A DNA stretch of 64,000 nt from Eledone cirrhosa. Lineage: Eukaryota. The position numbers and the translations under genes are program-made. Position 1 is the first letter of the stretch. The number at the start of each line of letters is the position of its first letter. Positions 49,907 through 62,561 of the stretch are shown here, piece by piece. A model generated the notes under the pieces. That model was given only the letters and a program-made list of their open reading frames with translations. It ran no database searches and had not been told where the DNA came from. The stretch covers positions 9,610,001 through 9,674,000 of the forward strand of contig OZ024763.1 of assembly GCA_964016885.1 (NCBI GenBank), given 5' to 3'.

Positions 49907-51880
49907 CAAAAGCATATGTACCAGAATATATAAAACTCTTGATACAGAAAACAGACGCGTTCATTAAAAGGTTGCATTGGCGTGCCTTTTATTTCGATAA
50001 TCCGCGAAAAGCAGGCAACAAACAGGATAAATTTGGGTTTAAAACCTATAATAACCCTCCGTGTAACCCAGCATTGCTACCCTTCGAAAATGATGTCTTG
50101 GAACTCATACGGAGTATCAAATTTCGGAATAGGAGCAATTCCTTCCAGCAGGACCTGAAGAATAGAATTCGTTCTATTAAGGATTCTAATGCCGTGCAGG
50201 TCCATTCCGACAAAACTGGCAACCTATATCAAGTGGAGCGCAGTACTTACCATCAACTACTAAATAATGCTGTAACTAAGGATTACCGTAAAACTAATCG
50301 GTGCGTCATCAATGAAATCACCGATGCTCGGTTTAAAATCACCTCTGATCTCAACATCTTGGACCGGACCGAACATCTGGACCCTATTTCTCCCCACTTT
50401 ACCCTGAAGGATCACAAATCCAATTTTCCGAACAACCCCTCTATTCGGCTTATTAACCCTACGAAGTCCAATTTAGGTAGACTTAGTAAAAGGATTCTTG
50501 ATAGAATTATACCTGAAATTAGAAGTTTGGCCCCTCTTGCACTGTGGAACAATTCTTTCGCGGTGATTGATTGGTTCAACGGCATATGCAACAAGGAACA
50601 TTGCCGTTTTATCCAATTCGACATCAATAATTACTACTCCTCCATCACTTTACCACTTTTCCTTAGAGCTATCAATTTCGCTAAAACACTCACAGTGGTT
50701 AAGGATTTCGAAGTTGATGTCATCCTCAATGCCCGTAAGTCGGTGATTAATTTCGACGACTCTATTTAGATTAAAAAATCCAATAGTACCCCATTCGACG
50801 TGAGTATGGGCGCCAGCGATTCTGCGGAGGTTACTGATCTTATCGACCTTTTCCTTCTTTTCTCTATCAAGGATGAATTCCCCAACGTGGGCGGTGGTTT
50901 GTACCGTGATGATAGTCTTTTGACCATGACTAAGTGTGGCCCTCGTGCTTGCGACAGGTTCAGAAAAGAACTCACAGCCTTCTTTAAAGGCTTCAACCTC
51001 TCTATACAGGTTGAGACCAACTTCTCGGTCGTTAATTACCATCGAATGGCTTGTATTACCCGTATAGAAAGCCGAATGATACGCATAATTACATAAGTAA
51101 GCATTCCAACCATCCTGCCAGCATAACCAAAAACCTGGTAAGAAACGTTTCGTTGAGGTTTTCCCGTCTATCTACTAACCAGCATATTTTCAACAACCAT
51201 TCCACATATTACAATGAAGCTCTTGCTCGGAGTGGATTTGTCGATAAGGTAGCATATACAGAGTATGAGAATAGACCTAGAAGAAATAGATCCCAACGCA
51301 TTATATGGTATAACCCACCATATAATATGGAGGTGGCCACACCATTAGCTAAGACCTTTCTATCCCTTATTACGAAGCATTTTCCCCCTACACATAAATA
51401 TAGTAAAATTTTTAATAGAAATACTATTAAAATTTCTTACTCTACGACTCCTAACCTTGCGCATAACATCACAGCTTCAAATTTAGCTAAACTACCGAGC
51501 CGTAGGAACACGTGCAACCCTGTAGTTAGTACTAATTGTAATTGTAGGAATCGGGTTGATTGCCCCCTATCCGGGAAATGCCTCTCTAGTAACATTGTCT
51601 ACAAATGTAAGGTTGAAACATCCACGTCCCGTAGGGCCTACATAGGGTTAACCGCCAATAGATTCAAGCAGCGTCTTTACATGCATACCCATTCTTTTCG
51701 TTACCCTCTAAGAAGGAATATGACGTCACTTTCAGCTTATATCTGGAGTCTAAAAGACAACCACACCCAATATAAGTTACACTGGGAGATCCTAGCTAGG
51801 GCTAGATCGTATAACGGAAATAAAAGACCATGTGACCTCTGTGTTTAGTAATTTTCTTAGTGTTGTCAGAGCAAGAAATG
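49907..51880 (+). mobile_element. Penelope-like element, Naiad-type (RT plus C-terminal GIY-YIG), inactivated
   Basis: FIKRLHWRA; TLKDHK..RLINP; QFDINNYYSSI; MGA; GLYRDD; IIWYNPPY; CNCR..CPLSGKC; IVY..YIG..FKQR; CDLC. Stop at 50767 and frameshift near 51045. Confidence 0.92.
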
Positions 51881-51883
51881 TCA

Positions 51884-52182
51884 AAAACTAGGTTAGTCAG
51901 CTTACCAAACTGTAAAACTAGGTTAGTCAGCTTACCAAACTGTAAAACTAGGTTAGTCCCCTTACCAAACTGTAAAACTAGGTTTGACAGCTTACCAAAC
52001 TGTAAAACTAGGTTAGTCAGCTTACCAAACTGTAAAACTAGGTTTGACAGCTTACCAAACTGTAAAACTAGGTTTGACAGCTTACCAAACTGTAAAACTA
52101 GGTTAGTCAGCTTACCAAACTGTAAAACTAGGTTTGACACTTACCAAACTGTAAAACTAGGTTAGTCAGCTTACCAAACTGT
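51884..52182. repeat. 30-bp minisatellite, ~10 copies, two interspersed variants
   Basis: AAAACTAGGTT(AGT/TGA)CAGCTTACCAAACTGT. Confidence 0.96.
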
Positions 52183-52469
52183 TGAAATTATTAAATTTGG
52201 GAGAATGGGGCACACAACTGGGAAAAGGGGAAGGCACACATTGTAGGGCTAACCTAGAGTGCAAAGAACTCACCCAATACTGGCTCTGTTTGGGGTCACT
52301 GATCCCTTTGAGGATCCCAGACCCTCTCCCCCCTGTTGGATCATGTATTTATGTAGGAAGGATGGAAAATGGAATGGATATCAGTCGGTTTCCATGATGA
52401 GTGTTGTTTGATCAACAATGGAACAGTTTACTCATTAAATAACTGCATTCCACAGACATGTGTATCTTT

Positions 52470-52830
52470 TTGGTAAAAGTAATTTTCGGGGAGTTTCAGC
52501 ATGACACAGCTAGAATTAGGATGGATGAAGTTTAGAGAGCTATTCCCACTGTCTATAACAAATGCTTTCTCCCTACGTACAAAAGATCGACTGCATGATG
52601 CCTGAGTGTGAAATGCACCGTAGTGAAACATGGGCCGTGACTGCAGAAGACATGCATAGACTGGAAAGAAATAAAGGAGCCATGCTTCGTTGGATGTGCA
52701 ATATAAATGTGAGAGAAAACAGAACTTGGATGAACTGAGGGAGAAGCTGGGTTTAAGAGGAATCCAAGGTGGTGTGCTGGAGAGAAGACTGCATTGGTAC
52801 GGACATGTGATGTGCATGGATGATGCCACA
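52470..52830 (+). mobile_element. Degenerate RTE fragment
   Basis: GWMKFRELFPL, SETW, ERRLHWYGHV remnants. Confidence 0.8.
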
Positions 52831-53424
52831 AGGCAGTAGTTCATTTGACAGGCTTCCAGACGGTTTCTGTCTACTCAATTCCATTCACAAGACAAGATGT
52901 CACACTGGGGGACTGAACCTGAGACCTAATGATTGCAAAGTGAACTTCTTAACCATAAAGCCATGTTATGTCCACTGAATTTGTGTACGGTGACAGTAAA
53001 GAGATTTTAAGTAAATTGAAATAGCTGAGTATTAGTGTCACTTTGTCAATGTATCTGACAGGCAAAGTGCCAAAACATGTTATCACTTATTGTTCCATAA
53101 AGTCTCCTTAATTACTTAGTCGTAGTCCAGTAACTGACAGTCAAGATATCCTCATTACATATAAATTATTGAAAGCAACCAAGCAATGCTTGATAAATCA
53201 TACAGATAAATCAAATTATTTATTAATGTCTGACAAATCACTTATATACCTTATTATTATTATTATTATTCCTAATGTTTTCACTTTATTAATGTCCCCT
53301 TCCTTTACCTCATGTAAACCCTACTCTATGTTGTATTGTCTTTATCCTTGTATTGTTCCCAATGTCTTCGGGCCTTATGGCCAATAAAAGAAATTATCAA
53401 CATTATTTATTTTATCTAAATCTA

Positions 53425-53615
53425 AAGGGCGGTGGATTGGCAGTATCCGTAGAGGGTCTGATGCCATGCTTTACAGCATAGAGTTACGGCTCTTACGGTC
53501 TGAGTTCAAATTCCGCCAAGGTTATCTTTGCCTTTCATCCTTAAGAGGTCGATAAAATAAAGTACCAGCAATGAACTGGAGTATTTGCTGGCCTTGTGCC
53601 AAAAGTAGAAACAAT
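53425..53615 (+). mobile_element. SINE family B
   Basis: Head, B box, central domain and tail. Confidence 0.85.
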
Positions 53616-53687
53616 TATTATTTATTTTATCTGCTTTGCTGATACCTTTCTCTCTCTAACTACAATATAAGTCTTTATAATCCATGG

Positions 53688-53752
53688 TAGGCTCATGTAG
53701 GCTCATGTAGGCTCATATAGGCTCATGTAGGCTCATGTAGGATTATGTAGGA
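53688..53752. repeat. 10-bp tandem repeat (TAGGCTCATG), ~6 copies
   Basis: Direct inspection. Confidence 0.9.
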
Positions 53753-53863
53753 TTAGAAGTAAACAAGACTTAGTAATAGTAAACCATTTCAGGACTTGAA
53801 TTTTGAATCCTTAAAACTCTAGTATTGGTTGAATCCAAACTGTAGAGTAATTTTATTTAAATG

Positions 53864-54186
53864 ACTTAGTGGTTAGAGCATTGGCCTTGCAATCGAAAGG
53901 TTGTGGGTTCAATTCTAAGACCGGGTGATGTGTTGTTTCCTTGAGCAAGACACTTTATTTCACATTGCTTCAGTTTACTCAGCTGTAGAAATGAGATGAT
54001 AGGACTGGGGTCCCTATCATTCCACTGCAAAGTGGACGTGTAGGTGCCATGGCAAAAAAGCACCCAGCACTCACTGTAAATGAGGTTGGTGTTAGGAAGG
54101 GCATCCAGCTGTAGAAATCAAGCCAGAATCAGTTCCCGTCCCACCCTTGGAAGCAGGGAAAAGTAGACGTAAAATGATGATGATGA
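53864..54186 (+). mobile_element. SINE family A
   Basis: Near-identical to 8695-9014. Confidence 0.9.
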
Positions 54187-54263
54187 ACTCTTAATATCCA
54201 GTAATGATTAAGTAGAAAATTTCCAAAAACCTGGCTTGTTATAGTATCTTTATTTGTGGACAT

Positions 54264-54448
54264 ATCATCATCATCACCATCACCACCATCGCCATCACCA
54301 TCACCATCACCACCATCACCATCACCATCATCACCACCATCACCATCATCCTCATCATGGTCATCATCACCATCATCCCCATAATCACCATCACCATCAC
54401 CATCACCACCATCATCCTCATCATCCTCATCACCATCACCACCATCAT
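54264..54448. repeat. (CAT/CAC)n tract, probably an expanded minus-strand retroposon tail
   Basis: Followed by TTTAACATCT...CATGCAAGTATAGG, the RTE-type terminal motif. Confidence 0.85.
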
Positions 54449-55184
54449 TTAACATCTATTTTACATGCAAGTATAGGTTGGACATTGTGGAAGTTTGAAG
54501 CAAACTAAAATAAAGTCTTTCATTTTTAATGTGATGCAGTCATAATGTTTTTTTGCTAATGTGGTTTTGTGTGGTTTATTATTTCAAGTGTTTATAGTAT
54601 CTTTACTAGTGGACATATATTTGTGAAAAATTGCAGTATACTAAAGAAAAAACTTTTTATTTTTAATGTGATGCAGTTAAGAATGTTTTGTTAATGTGGT
54701 TTCATGTGGTGCAGGATGTCAATCCTCATTCAAAACTTCCTGAAACCATCTTTGACACTACAATATAAAATTGTTTATTCTAAGGTTTTATTTTTATCTA
54801 AAATCTTCAATCATAATCTTATGTAAAAATCTTTGTCAAAGTATGTTCCAAATACCAGCTTAGTAATAAAAAAGTTTGTTATATTGCTAAATCATTCAAA
54901 ACTCTTGATTAATTTTAAAATTATTTGTAAAACAGAGTCATCCATTAGAATTGTTAGCAAAAAGATTAAAAAGTAAACTCACCCATTTTTGCTTGGTTTC
55001 TATGGCTGAATGAGCTTCTTATCACCAACAACTTTACAGAGTGTACTAGGTGTATTTTGTCATTGTACCAACACTAGGAAGGTTATCATGTCCATTAGAG
55101 TCTTTTCCATTCTATATTGTTCATGTACTTTCAAAGCAAACCTAAGAGTGAGACAATAAATTCTTATTATTTGAAAACTTTCTT

Positions 55185-55320
55185 TACATTCTGAGTTGAA
55201 ATCCCACCTTTTATCCTTATAGGTTTGATAAAATAAAGTACCAGTAATGCACTGGGGTCGATTTAATCGACTTTCCCTTCCTCTTCAAATTGCTGGCCTT
55301 GTGCCTAAAGTAGAAACATT
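55185..55320 (+). mobile_element. SINE family B fragment
   Basis: Central domain and tail. Confidence 0.75.
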
Positions 55321-55397
55321 ATTTTAAAACTTTCTTCTGAGAGGGAGACAGAAAACCTAAACTTAATGGTATATACACCTCTATTATACACATACAT

Positions 55398-55925
55398 ATA
55401 TAGCAAAAGAAATATTTTCTCAGTCTTTCCTTTTCACTTACAGACATGGCCAGCAAGTAAGTGACCTGTGACCTTGCAGAGAAGACAATAGATAAATTCT
55501 CCTGAAGGAAGGGTTTACGGCACCAGTCCTACGCACCAGTCCTACGAAGGAGAAAATATTCTTGGGCCATCTGTTATCTATAAAAAATAACTAGCCATCA
55601 TTACAAATAGGGTGTCCTGTGGTCCTAACTCACTCAGTCATCTACCTCCTAGACAACACAGCTTCCTTGCCACTTCACTTGTACAACGTATCCTCGCCAT
55701 AATAGAGTTTACTACTATCTCTGCAGGTACATACTGTCTGACTACAACTTGCCACTTTTTAAGGGAACATCCCATGGTAAATAAAGAGACTCTCGCACAA
55801 CACAGAAGCCTTATTGGACAATCAAACTTTATATTTACAATTCAAAGTAATAGTTTTTTTTCCTTTTTGCTGAAGTAAAAATTTTAATTCAACAAGAATT
55901 ATTGGTATTTGTCGTGTTTATTATC
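55398..55925. repeat. Duplicated block, copy B
   Basis: See 36110-36660. Confidence 0.92.
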
Positions 55926-56144
55926 CACTTCCACAACAACCAAAACTTCGTTTTACATACATACAAATGTATCAAGCTAAAATTCCTTTAGTTTAAAATA
56001 CGGTGAAAGCTATATATATATATATATATATATAGGATTGAAATTTAAAAGTTTATCTCTAGAATTCTTCCCACATTCTTGACTAATTCTTTTTTTCTTG
56101 GCACATATTTTTATTTACATATTTATGGTTATGCAATAAGGGTT

Positions 56145-56425
56145 TTTGATTTAGGCACAAGACCAGCAATTTTGTGGGGGAGGGTAAAGTCGATAAAATT
56201 GACCCAGTGCATTACTGGTACTTTATTTTATCAATGAAAAGCCAAACTGGTGGGATTTCAATTCAGAATGTAAAGGGCAGGAACTGCTAAGTATTTATTT
56301 GATGCTCTGACGACTTCGTTATACAATAATTGTTTCTACTTTTGGCACAAGGGCAGCAATTACCCAGTACATTACTGGTACTTTATTTTATCGACCCCGT
56401 AAGGATGAAAGGCAAAGTTAACCTC
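56145..56425 (-). mobile_element. Two adjacent SINE family B fragments
   Basis: Reverse-complement tails at 56145 and 56328. Confidence 0.75.
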
Positions 56426-57149
56426 AGGAATACAAAAAAAGAAGAAACAGAAAAAAGAAATGAAGTAATGAAAAAGGGGAAAGGATAGGGGGGGGGAAAG
56501 ATTTGACTTGCGATATATTGAGAATGTAATCAATAATAATACACGTCAGGCATTTGAGGTGAAAATTATCTTTTTCCTGTGATTTTTTGGTTTATTTTCA
56601 ATGGATCTAACCAACAAATAAAAAAATGAAGAATTCCCAACTGTTTTGAAGGCCATATATTCATTCAAAACACACCAGAAACTATAGTTAAAACATAAAT
56701 TCCACCTCATATCTCTGAGGGTGTCCCCCACCTAAAAAAAAAACAAAAAAAAAACACAAACAAAACAATTAACTAAAAAATGAATAACTTTTGATGGTTT
56801 TAAAGACCAGATTTGCTTAAAACACATCAGAAACCACAGGAAAAACATCAATTTCACCTCTAACGTGTAACAGGTGTAATTGTAAAAAAATTCTCTCTTG
56901 TTTCTCCCCCGTTACTAATTTATCTGTTTCCCTATTTCCCTAATATCTCTGCTATCCTATTCCAAATCATTGACATTTGTTTATTATTTTCTGGTAGATA
57001 GTTATCTCAATATCTCAACCTATTTTCCTTGATTGAAACAACTCTATCAGGAAATAGAAAACTTTTTTCCCCATGGGATCTCTTTAACTGAATCTATTGA
57101 TAATATAATTGCCCACCACTCTGCATCAAATATTGTAAAATCCTTGTGA

Positions 57150-58440
57150 AATCTCATGCTGCGAGGTACACTTTGTCACCCCCACTTGGATTAGTGAACT
57201 CAATGCCACCATCTGGAGCTGTGCAGAACTCATCTACAATGTCAGTTTTGACAGCGCCGGCTGGCAACAGGTGAAGCTCCCAGCGAGGTTTGGTGGCCTT
57301 GGCCTCTGATTCACTTTGAATCTGGTACTGCCATCCTACCTCTCCACAATTTCCTCCAGTCACACCCTCATCAGTGAGGTCCTGACATGGCCCCACAACT
57401 TGAGCAGGCTTTGGTTAGTTGGACAGGCGAAGGTCTCTCTGTCCCCCAGTATACAAATGTCCAACGTAACTGGGACAACATCAAGTGCAGGTCTTCCTTC
57501 AGGTAGATCGAGTCTGGTTTGGACCAACACTGCCTCGCTTGCTTCTGCTCTGCTTCGCAACCAAACAGCAGCGCATGGCTCAATTTGGTGCCCTCATCAA
57601 CCGGTACTCTTCTTGATGATGAGTGTACCTGCATTGGAGCTGGCTCAATGCCTTGGCTTTCACATGTGTGAGCCACACAAATGCCACTGTGGGGCTGTTG
57701 TTGATAAGTTCCCACTATCATGCCACCAGTGCAGGCTGGTTCCCCCATCATGCCACTCTCAACAACATATCGCGAAAGAGCCTAAATGCAGGTCTCGGCC
57801 ACGGAAATAGCAAGCACCCCATCAGAATAACCTTCTTCCCATATGAAGGATGTAAACCCCTGGGACGCCATATGCAAAGGTCAGGAAGATAAGCAAATAC
57901 TGGGGCTTGTCCAGCTGCTTCCTCTTCAGACCAGTTCTTGTCCTCTGGCGTACTTGGACCCTGTACTGCCAAGCTCCTCTGTAAAATTGGAACATCAGCA
58001 GCCCATCTGAGGAAGGAGCCCCACGAGGGGGGTGGCTGTTTCAATGTGCCATTGTCTGTGGAAATGCCTTTACAGTTTTGTCTGCAGGGCGCAGCTGAAA
58101 CACCACCCCACCCTAGGCATAGAGCCTGTCACCCTTTGCCCTTCTCCCTCTCTTTCTAGTCCTTGCTTTTTCCATCCTTTTCCTCTCATTTATGGCATTT
58201 ATAGTCCTTTGCTCTACTTCCCCATAAAGCCAGATCTACCCTGCTTTAGTCCCCCCCCCCCCTCTGTTTGTTGCTTGGTTTGTTTTTATCTTTTTTTTTC
58301 ATATTTCCATCATTATTTATAATTGTTTCTACTTTTGGCACAAGGCCAGCAATTACCCAGTACATTACTGGTACTTTATTTTATCGACATCATTATTTAT
58401 GTTATTTATACAACTGTGAATAAAAACAGTTTCGTTATAA
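57150..58440 (+). mobile_element. Degenerate CRE-like LINE 3' portion with a SINE tail inserted in its UTR
   Basis: LGFHMCEPHKCHCGAVVD knuckle; SSGVLGPCTAKLLCKIG; RGNA-like end; A-rich terminus. Confidence 0.7.
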
Positions 58441-59089
58441 AAAAATCTGAAGCTGCATTATTATTTTGAAAAGACCAAGTAGTTCCACAGCCTACTCCAT
58501 TGTGTGAAAGTGCCCCATCTGTATAACTGGTATAACTCAGTTGTTAAAACAGTTTCATTGCCATATTGTTGTGGTGTTCTTTCTTTGATTTTTTAAGTGT
58601 TATTTTGAATGATTTTAATTGTTTTACACATGGAGGAAGCCAGATGTGCTGTTTTCTTTTCCATTTAAACTGAGCAGTTAGCAATTTATCTTCCTAGATC
58701 CTTCTATCAACAAGTGAGCAACGGTTAATTCTAGTTCATGAGAAACACATATTTTGGGAGTAGATCTTAGGCAATCCAATATAGTTTTCTCTATTTGAGT
58801 ATGAAATTTGTCAATAGCTTGAAAATAGCTAGTGTTCCCCTAAACTCAGCTACCATACAAAAATAGAGTGTTGATGAATCCCTTATTATATAATCTCAAG
58901 TATTTACATGTTAGGAAGTGGCTTGCTCTTGAAATCACGTTAATGTCATACAATGCTGAGGTAATTTTTTTTTTCAATAAATATTTGAGACGAGTTTCCC
59001 ATATCAAATATCAGATTGTAAATATTGAGGATGTTTATGGATTTTTGCTGCATTAATAGTTGGTCCATTAAGCATCTTACATTAACTGA

Positions 59090-59690
59090 TAATGTGGATT
59101 ATTGTCTCACCTTTCTCACCACACAGCCTACAAAGTAGGGAATTCACTGACTTGTCAATATTGAACTTAATGTAGTTCATTGTCAGTGCCTGTCCATGGC
59201 CTGCAAAAATAAGGGCCTCCATTTCAACTTTTAAGTCATTTTTCCTAGTCCATTCCCAGTTCCTATTTTGTCAACTCTCTCAGGCATTTCACATACAAAT
59301 TGACCATTCATTTTTTTCCCTTCCATCTATTCAATATGTCATTCTGTCTGTCTGATTTAAATTCTCCCTTTTCCTTTGCTTCATCACAGTTTAGGACCTT
59401 TATCTTTCTTACTCCTGCCACCAATCTCTTCAATTCTTTACATACCATGCCACCTTTGCTTCGACTTCCCACACATTTCACAGTTAATGAGACCTCTTCC
59501 TCCTCTCTGTTGTCATACAACCTGTCCACATTACTTTTGGGGTATAGAACCCCTTGTAGTGTCATTATTTTCCTTGTTTTTCTATCAAGCTCCCTAAGTT
59601 CATCACATCTCCACTCTATTATGCCAGCACCATACCTTAGCACTGTAACAGCCCATGTGTTGATAGCAGCTTTGGCAAGTACCTTTTGTT
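59090..59690 (-). mobile_element. Dong/R4 LINE fragment
   Basis: LRYGAGIIEW..ELDRKTRKIMT..PKSNVDRLY. Confidence 0.82.
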
Positions 59691-59726
59691 TCAGCTCCTA
59701 ATTGCTGTAGTAATCTTCTTTTATCA

Positions 59727-60040
59727 TTAACTTTGCCTTTCATCCTTACAGGGTCGATAAAATAAAGTACCAGTAATGTACTAGGTATTTGCTGACCTTG
59801 TGTCTAAAGTAGAAACAATTATTATTGAATTGGCAGTAGTGGTAGAGCATCAGGCACCATGTTTCCTGACATAGAGTTACGGCCCTTTATTCTCTGAGTT
59901 CAAATCCTGCCGAGGTTAGCTTTGCCTTTCATCCTTACAGGGTCGATAAAATAAAACACTAGTAATGCACTGGGGTTCATTTAATCAACTTTTCCCCTCC
60001 CCTTCAAATTGCTGGCCTTGTGCCTAAAGTAGAAACCATT
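59727..60040 (+). mobile_element. Two tandem SINE family B copies
   Basis: Central domain at 59731 and 59921; (ATT)n tail. Confidence 0.85.
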
Positions 60041-60760
60041 ATTATTATTATTGTTATTGTTATTATTATTAACACTCTGTTTCTTGAGGATACTGTAGTG
60101 TGATACCAAACATGGAATACTGCATGGAAAAATGGACACATTGGCTCTGAGAGCCCAAACTGGTAAACCAATAGCAACTAAATGTTGCATACCAATAAAC
60201 TATATATATATCCAACATACCAAAATAGAACATAGGGGTACACTGGAGAACATAGAGATAAAGATCATAGCAACACACAGAAAAGATGCAATGCTCTGAC
60301 AAATCACAGAGGCGACAAACAAACGAACTCCAACCAAAATTAAAGAGAAAAAATGAGTGGAATAGCAACATCACAACTAGTAATTAAGGACAAAATGAAG
60401 ACATACAGAGACACACAAAAACCAAACTAACAAAATAAATCAGACACACACAGATAGAACAAATAACCAACTAGTGACAAGTAAATAAACACATAAATAA
60501 ATAAAAACACACACACTCAGATGTAACACATGCGCAAACCAAGCACACAACACACAAAACAAGATGGTGTAGGACAGAACAAAGGAGTGACACAAAATAA
60601 AAACAGAGTCACTGAGGAGGTCACAGAATGTGTGACAAAAGAGCTTTGACAATATATAAACAACCATTTCGTTATTAAACTAACCAACCAGAAATTTATT
60701 AGTGAAAACCAACAAGTGCATGTGCTTTTATTGGCAGCATGACCCTCCCAAAGTATAACA

Positions 60761-60791
<31 letters not shown>

Positions 60792-60857
60792 CATATATGT
60801 ATATATATATATATTGTTATACTTTGGGAGGGTCATGCTATATATATATATATATAT

Positions 60858-61192
60858 ATCATCATTTCATTTTACGTCTGCTTTTTCCCTGCTTGCAAGG
60901 GTGGGACGGGAACTGATTCTGGCTTGATTTCTACAGCTGGATGCCCTTCCTAACACCAACCTCATTTACAGTGAGTGCTGGGTGCTTTTTTGCCGTGGCA
61001 CCTCCACGACCTCTTTGCAGTGGAATGATATGGACCCCAGTCCCTATCATCTCATTTCTACAGCTGAGTAAACTGGAGCAATGTGAAATAAAGTGTCTTG
61101 CTCAAGGAAACAACACATCACCCGGTCTGAGAATTGAACTCACAACCTTTCGATTGCAAGGCCAATGCTCTAACCACTAAGCCATGTGCCTC
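60858..61192 (-). mobile_element. SINE family A, full length
   Basis: Reverse complement of 8683-9014. Confidence 0.92.
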
Positions 61193-61249
61193 TATATATA
61201 TAGAGGGTCATGCTCCCAATAAAAACACACGCAACGGTTGATTTTCACT

Positions 61250-61866
61250 TCTATCTATATATTACTAAAAGTCTGTGATTGCTTGCCTGTAATGTAATCC
61301 AGCCAAAAGAGTGCATAATGGGAAAATACTTTGAAAGGCAGTTGACCCTGAAATGGGGATACAAATGGAATAAAACATGTTTCGTGTAAATCGGAGCATG
61401 GGTTCCCGAGAAGGTGAATGGAAGAGAGAGAGAGAGAGAGAGGAGACAGAGAAGGAGAATGGAAGAGAGAGAGGGAGAGGGCGAGGAGACAGAGAAGGAG
61501 AATGGAAGAGAGCTGGTGCTGTGTATATATATATATATATATATGTGAGTGTGTGTGTATATGTGTGAGTGTGTGTGTATATATGTGTGTGTGTGTGTGT
61601 CTATGACCAGTGTGTATAGATCACAGACACCCACATACATATATACACACACACACATACATATACATATACATATATACATGTATATATATATATATAT
61701 ATATACAGTATATGTATACACAACACACACATTCATGTATATACATACACACGTATATAGAGGCCTTCTCGTTTCATTTCACATTATATACATGTCTGTG
61801 TCTATTTTAATTATTAAAAAAATATTTTGAAGTGAACATGACCCAATGGGTGACGGTTGGTCTAGT
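61250..61866 (+). mobile_element. Non-autonomous Helitron-like element inserted without TSD
   Basis: 5' TCTATCTATATATTACTAAAAGT; 3' GACCCAATGGGTGAC..CTAGT; cleanly splits the inverted-repeat arm. Confidence 0.72.
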
Positions 61867-62105
61867 TTATTATACATTTCTGGTTGGTTTGCTGGTTTGA
61901 TAACTGGGTGGTTGTTTATATATTGTCAAAGCTCTTTTGTCACACATTCTGTGACCTCCATGAATGAAATATATATATTCATTTAAGTTCGGTGGTTCAC
62001 CACTGGATAGAACCTAGCCACTGAAATGTACATAATGTTTGCAGAAATAAAACTTTGAAGGAATTTCGCCAGTCCTGTCATTTTATTCAATAATATATCT
62101 ATATA

Positions 62106-62390
62106 TCATCATTATCATCATCATCGATTAATGTCTATCTTCCACATTAGACGGGTTTGTCCCATTTAGAGGCAAGTTGGATTGGATGACCGTGTCTTGC
62201 TCATATAGGAGAGTTTCTGGCTGGTTTTCTATGGCTGGATGCCCTTCCTAACGCCAACCACATTGGCAGTGTGTGCTGAGTGCTTTTACTGTGTCTTTTA
62301 CACATCCACTTTACAGTGTGGGCTGGGTGCTTTTTGTCCTGACACCTACACAATCACTTTACCATGTGGGCTGGATGTTTTGTGGTACCA
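62106..62390 (-). mobile_element. RTE-3'UTR-type retroposon 3' end
   Basis: (CAT)n tail; GGATGCCCTTCCTAACGCCAACC. Confidence 0.78.
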
Positions 62391-62561
62391 GTATAATATA
62401 TATATATATATATATATGCATATATATACATGCACATATCATGATTATGACATACACATACATATATATATTTGCGTGCATATACATATACTATACATAC
62501 ACATATCATACATATACATACACCCTTCATACATATACACACATAAATATATATATATATG

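Larger units (their letters stand above)
60616..61959. repeat. Interrupted inverted repeat (arms 60616-60765 and 60811-60839 + 61203-61248 + 61867-61959)
   Basis: About 50 bp of exact reverse complement at the outer ends; inner arms flank (TA)n. Confidence 0.85.

Noticed and set aside
54129-54508. Poly-His / Asp-Gly ORFs
   Set aside because: Expanded (CAT/CAC)n retroposon tail.
58698-58713. Possible 16-nt plus-strand microexon (TAG|ATCCTTCTATCAACAA|GTGAGC)
   Set aside because: Such motifs occur by chance in 64 kb; no independent support.
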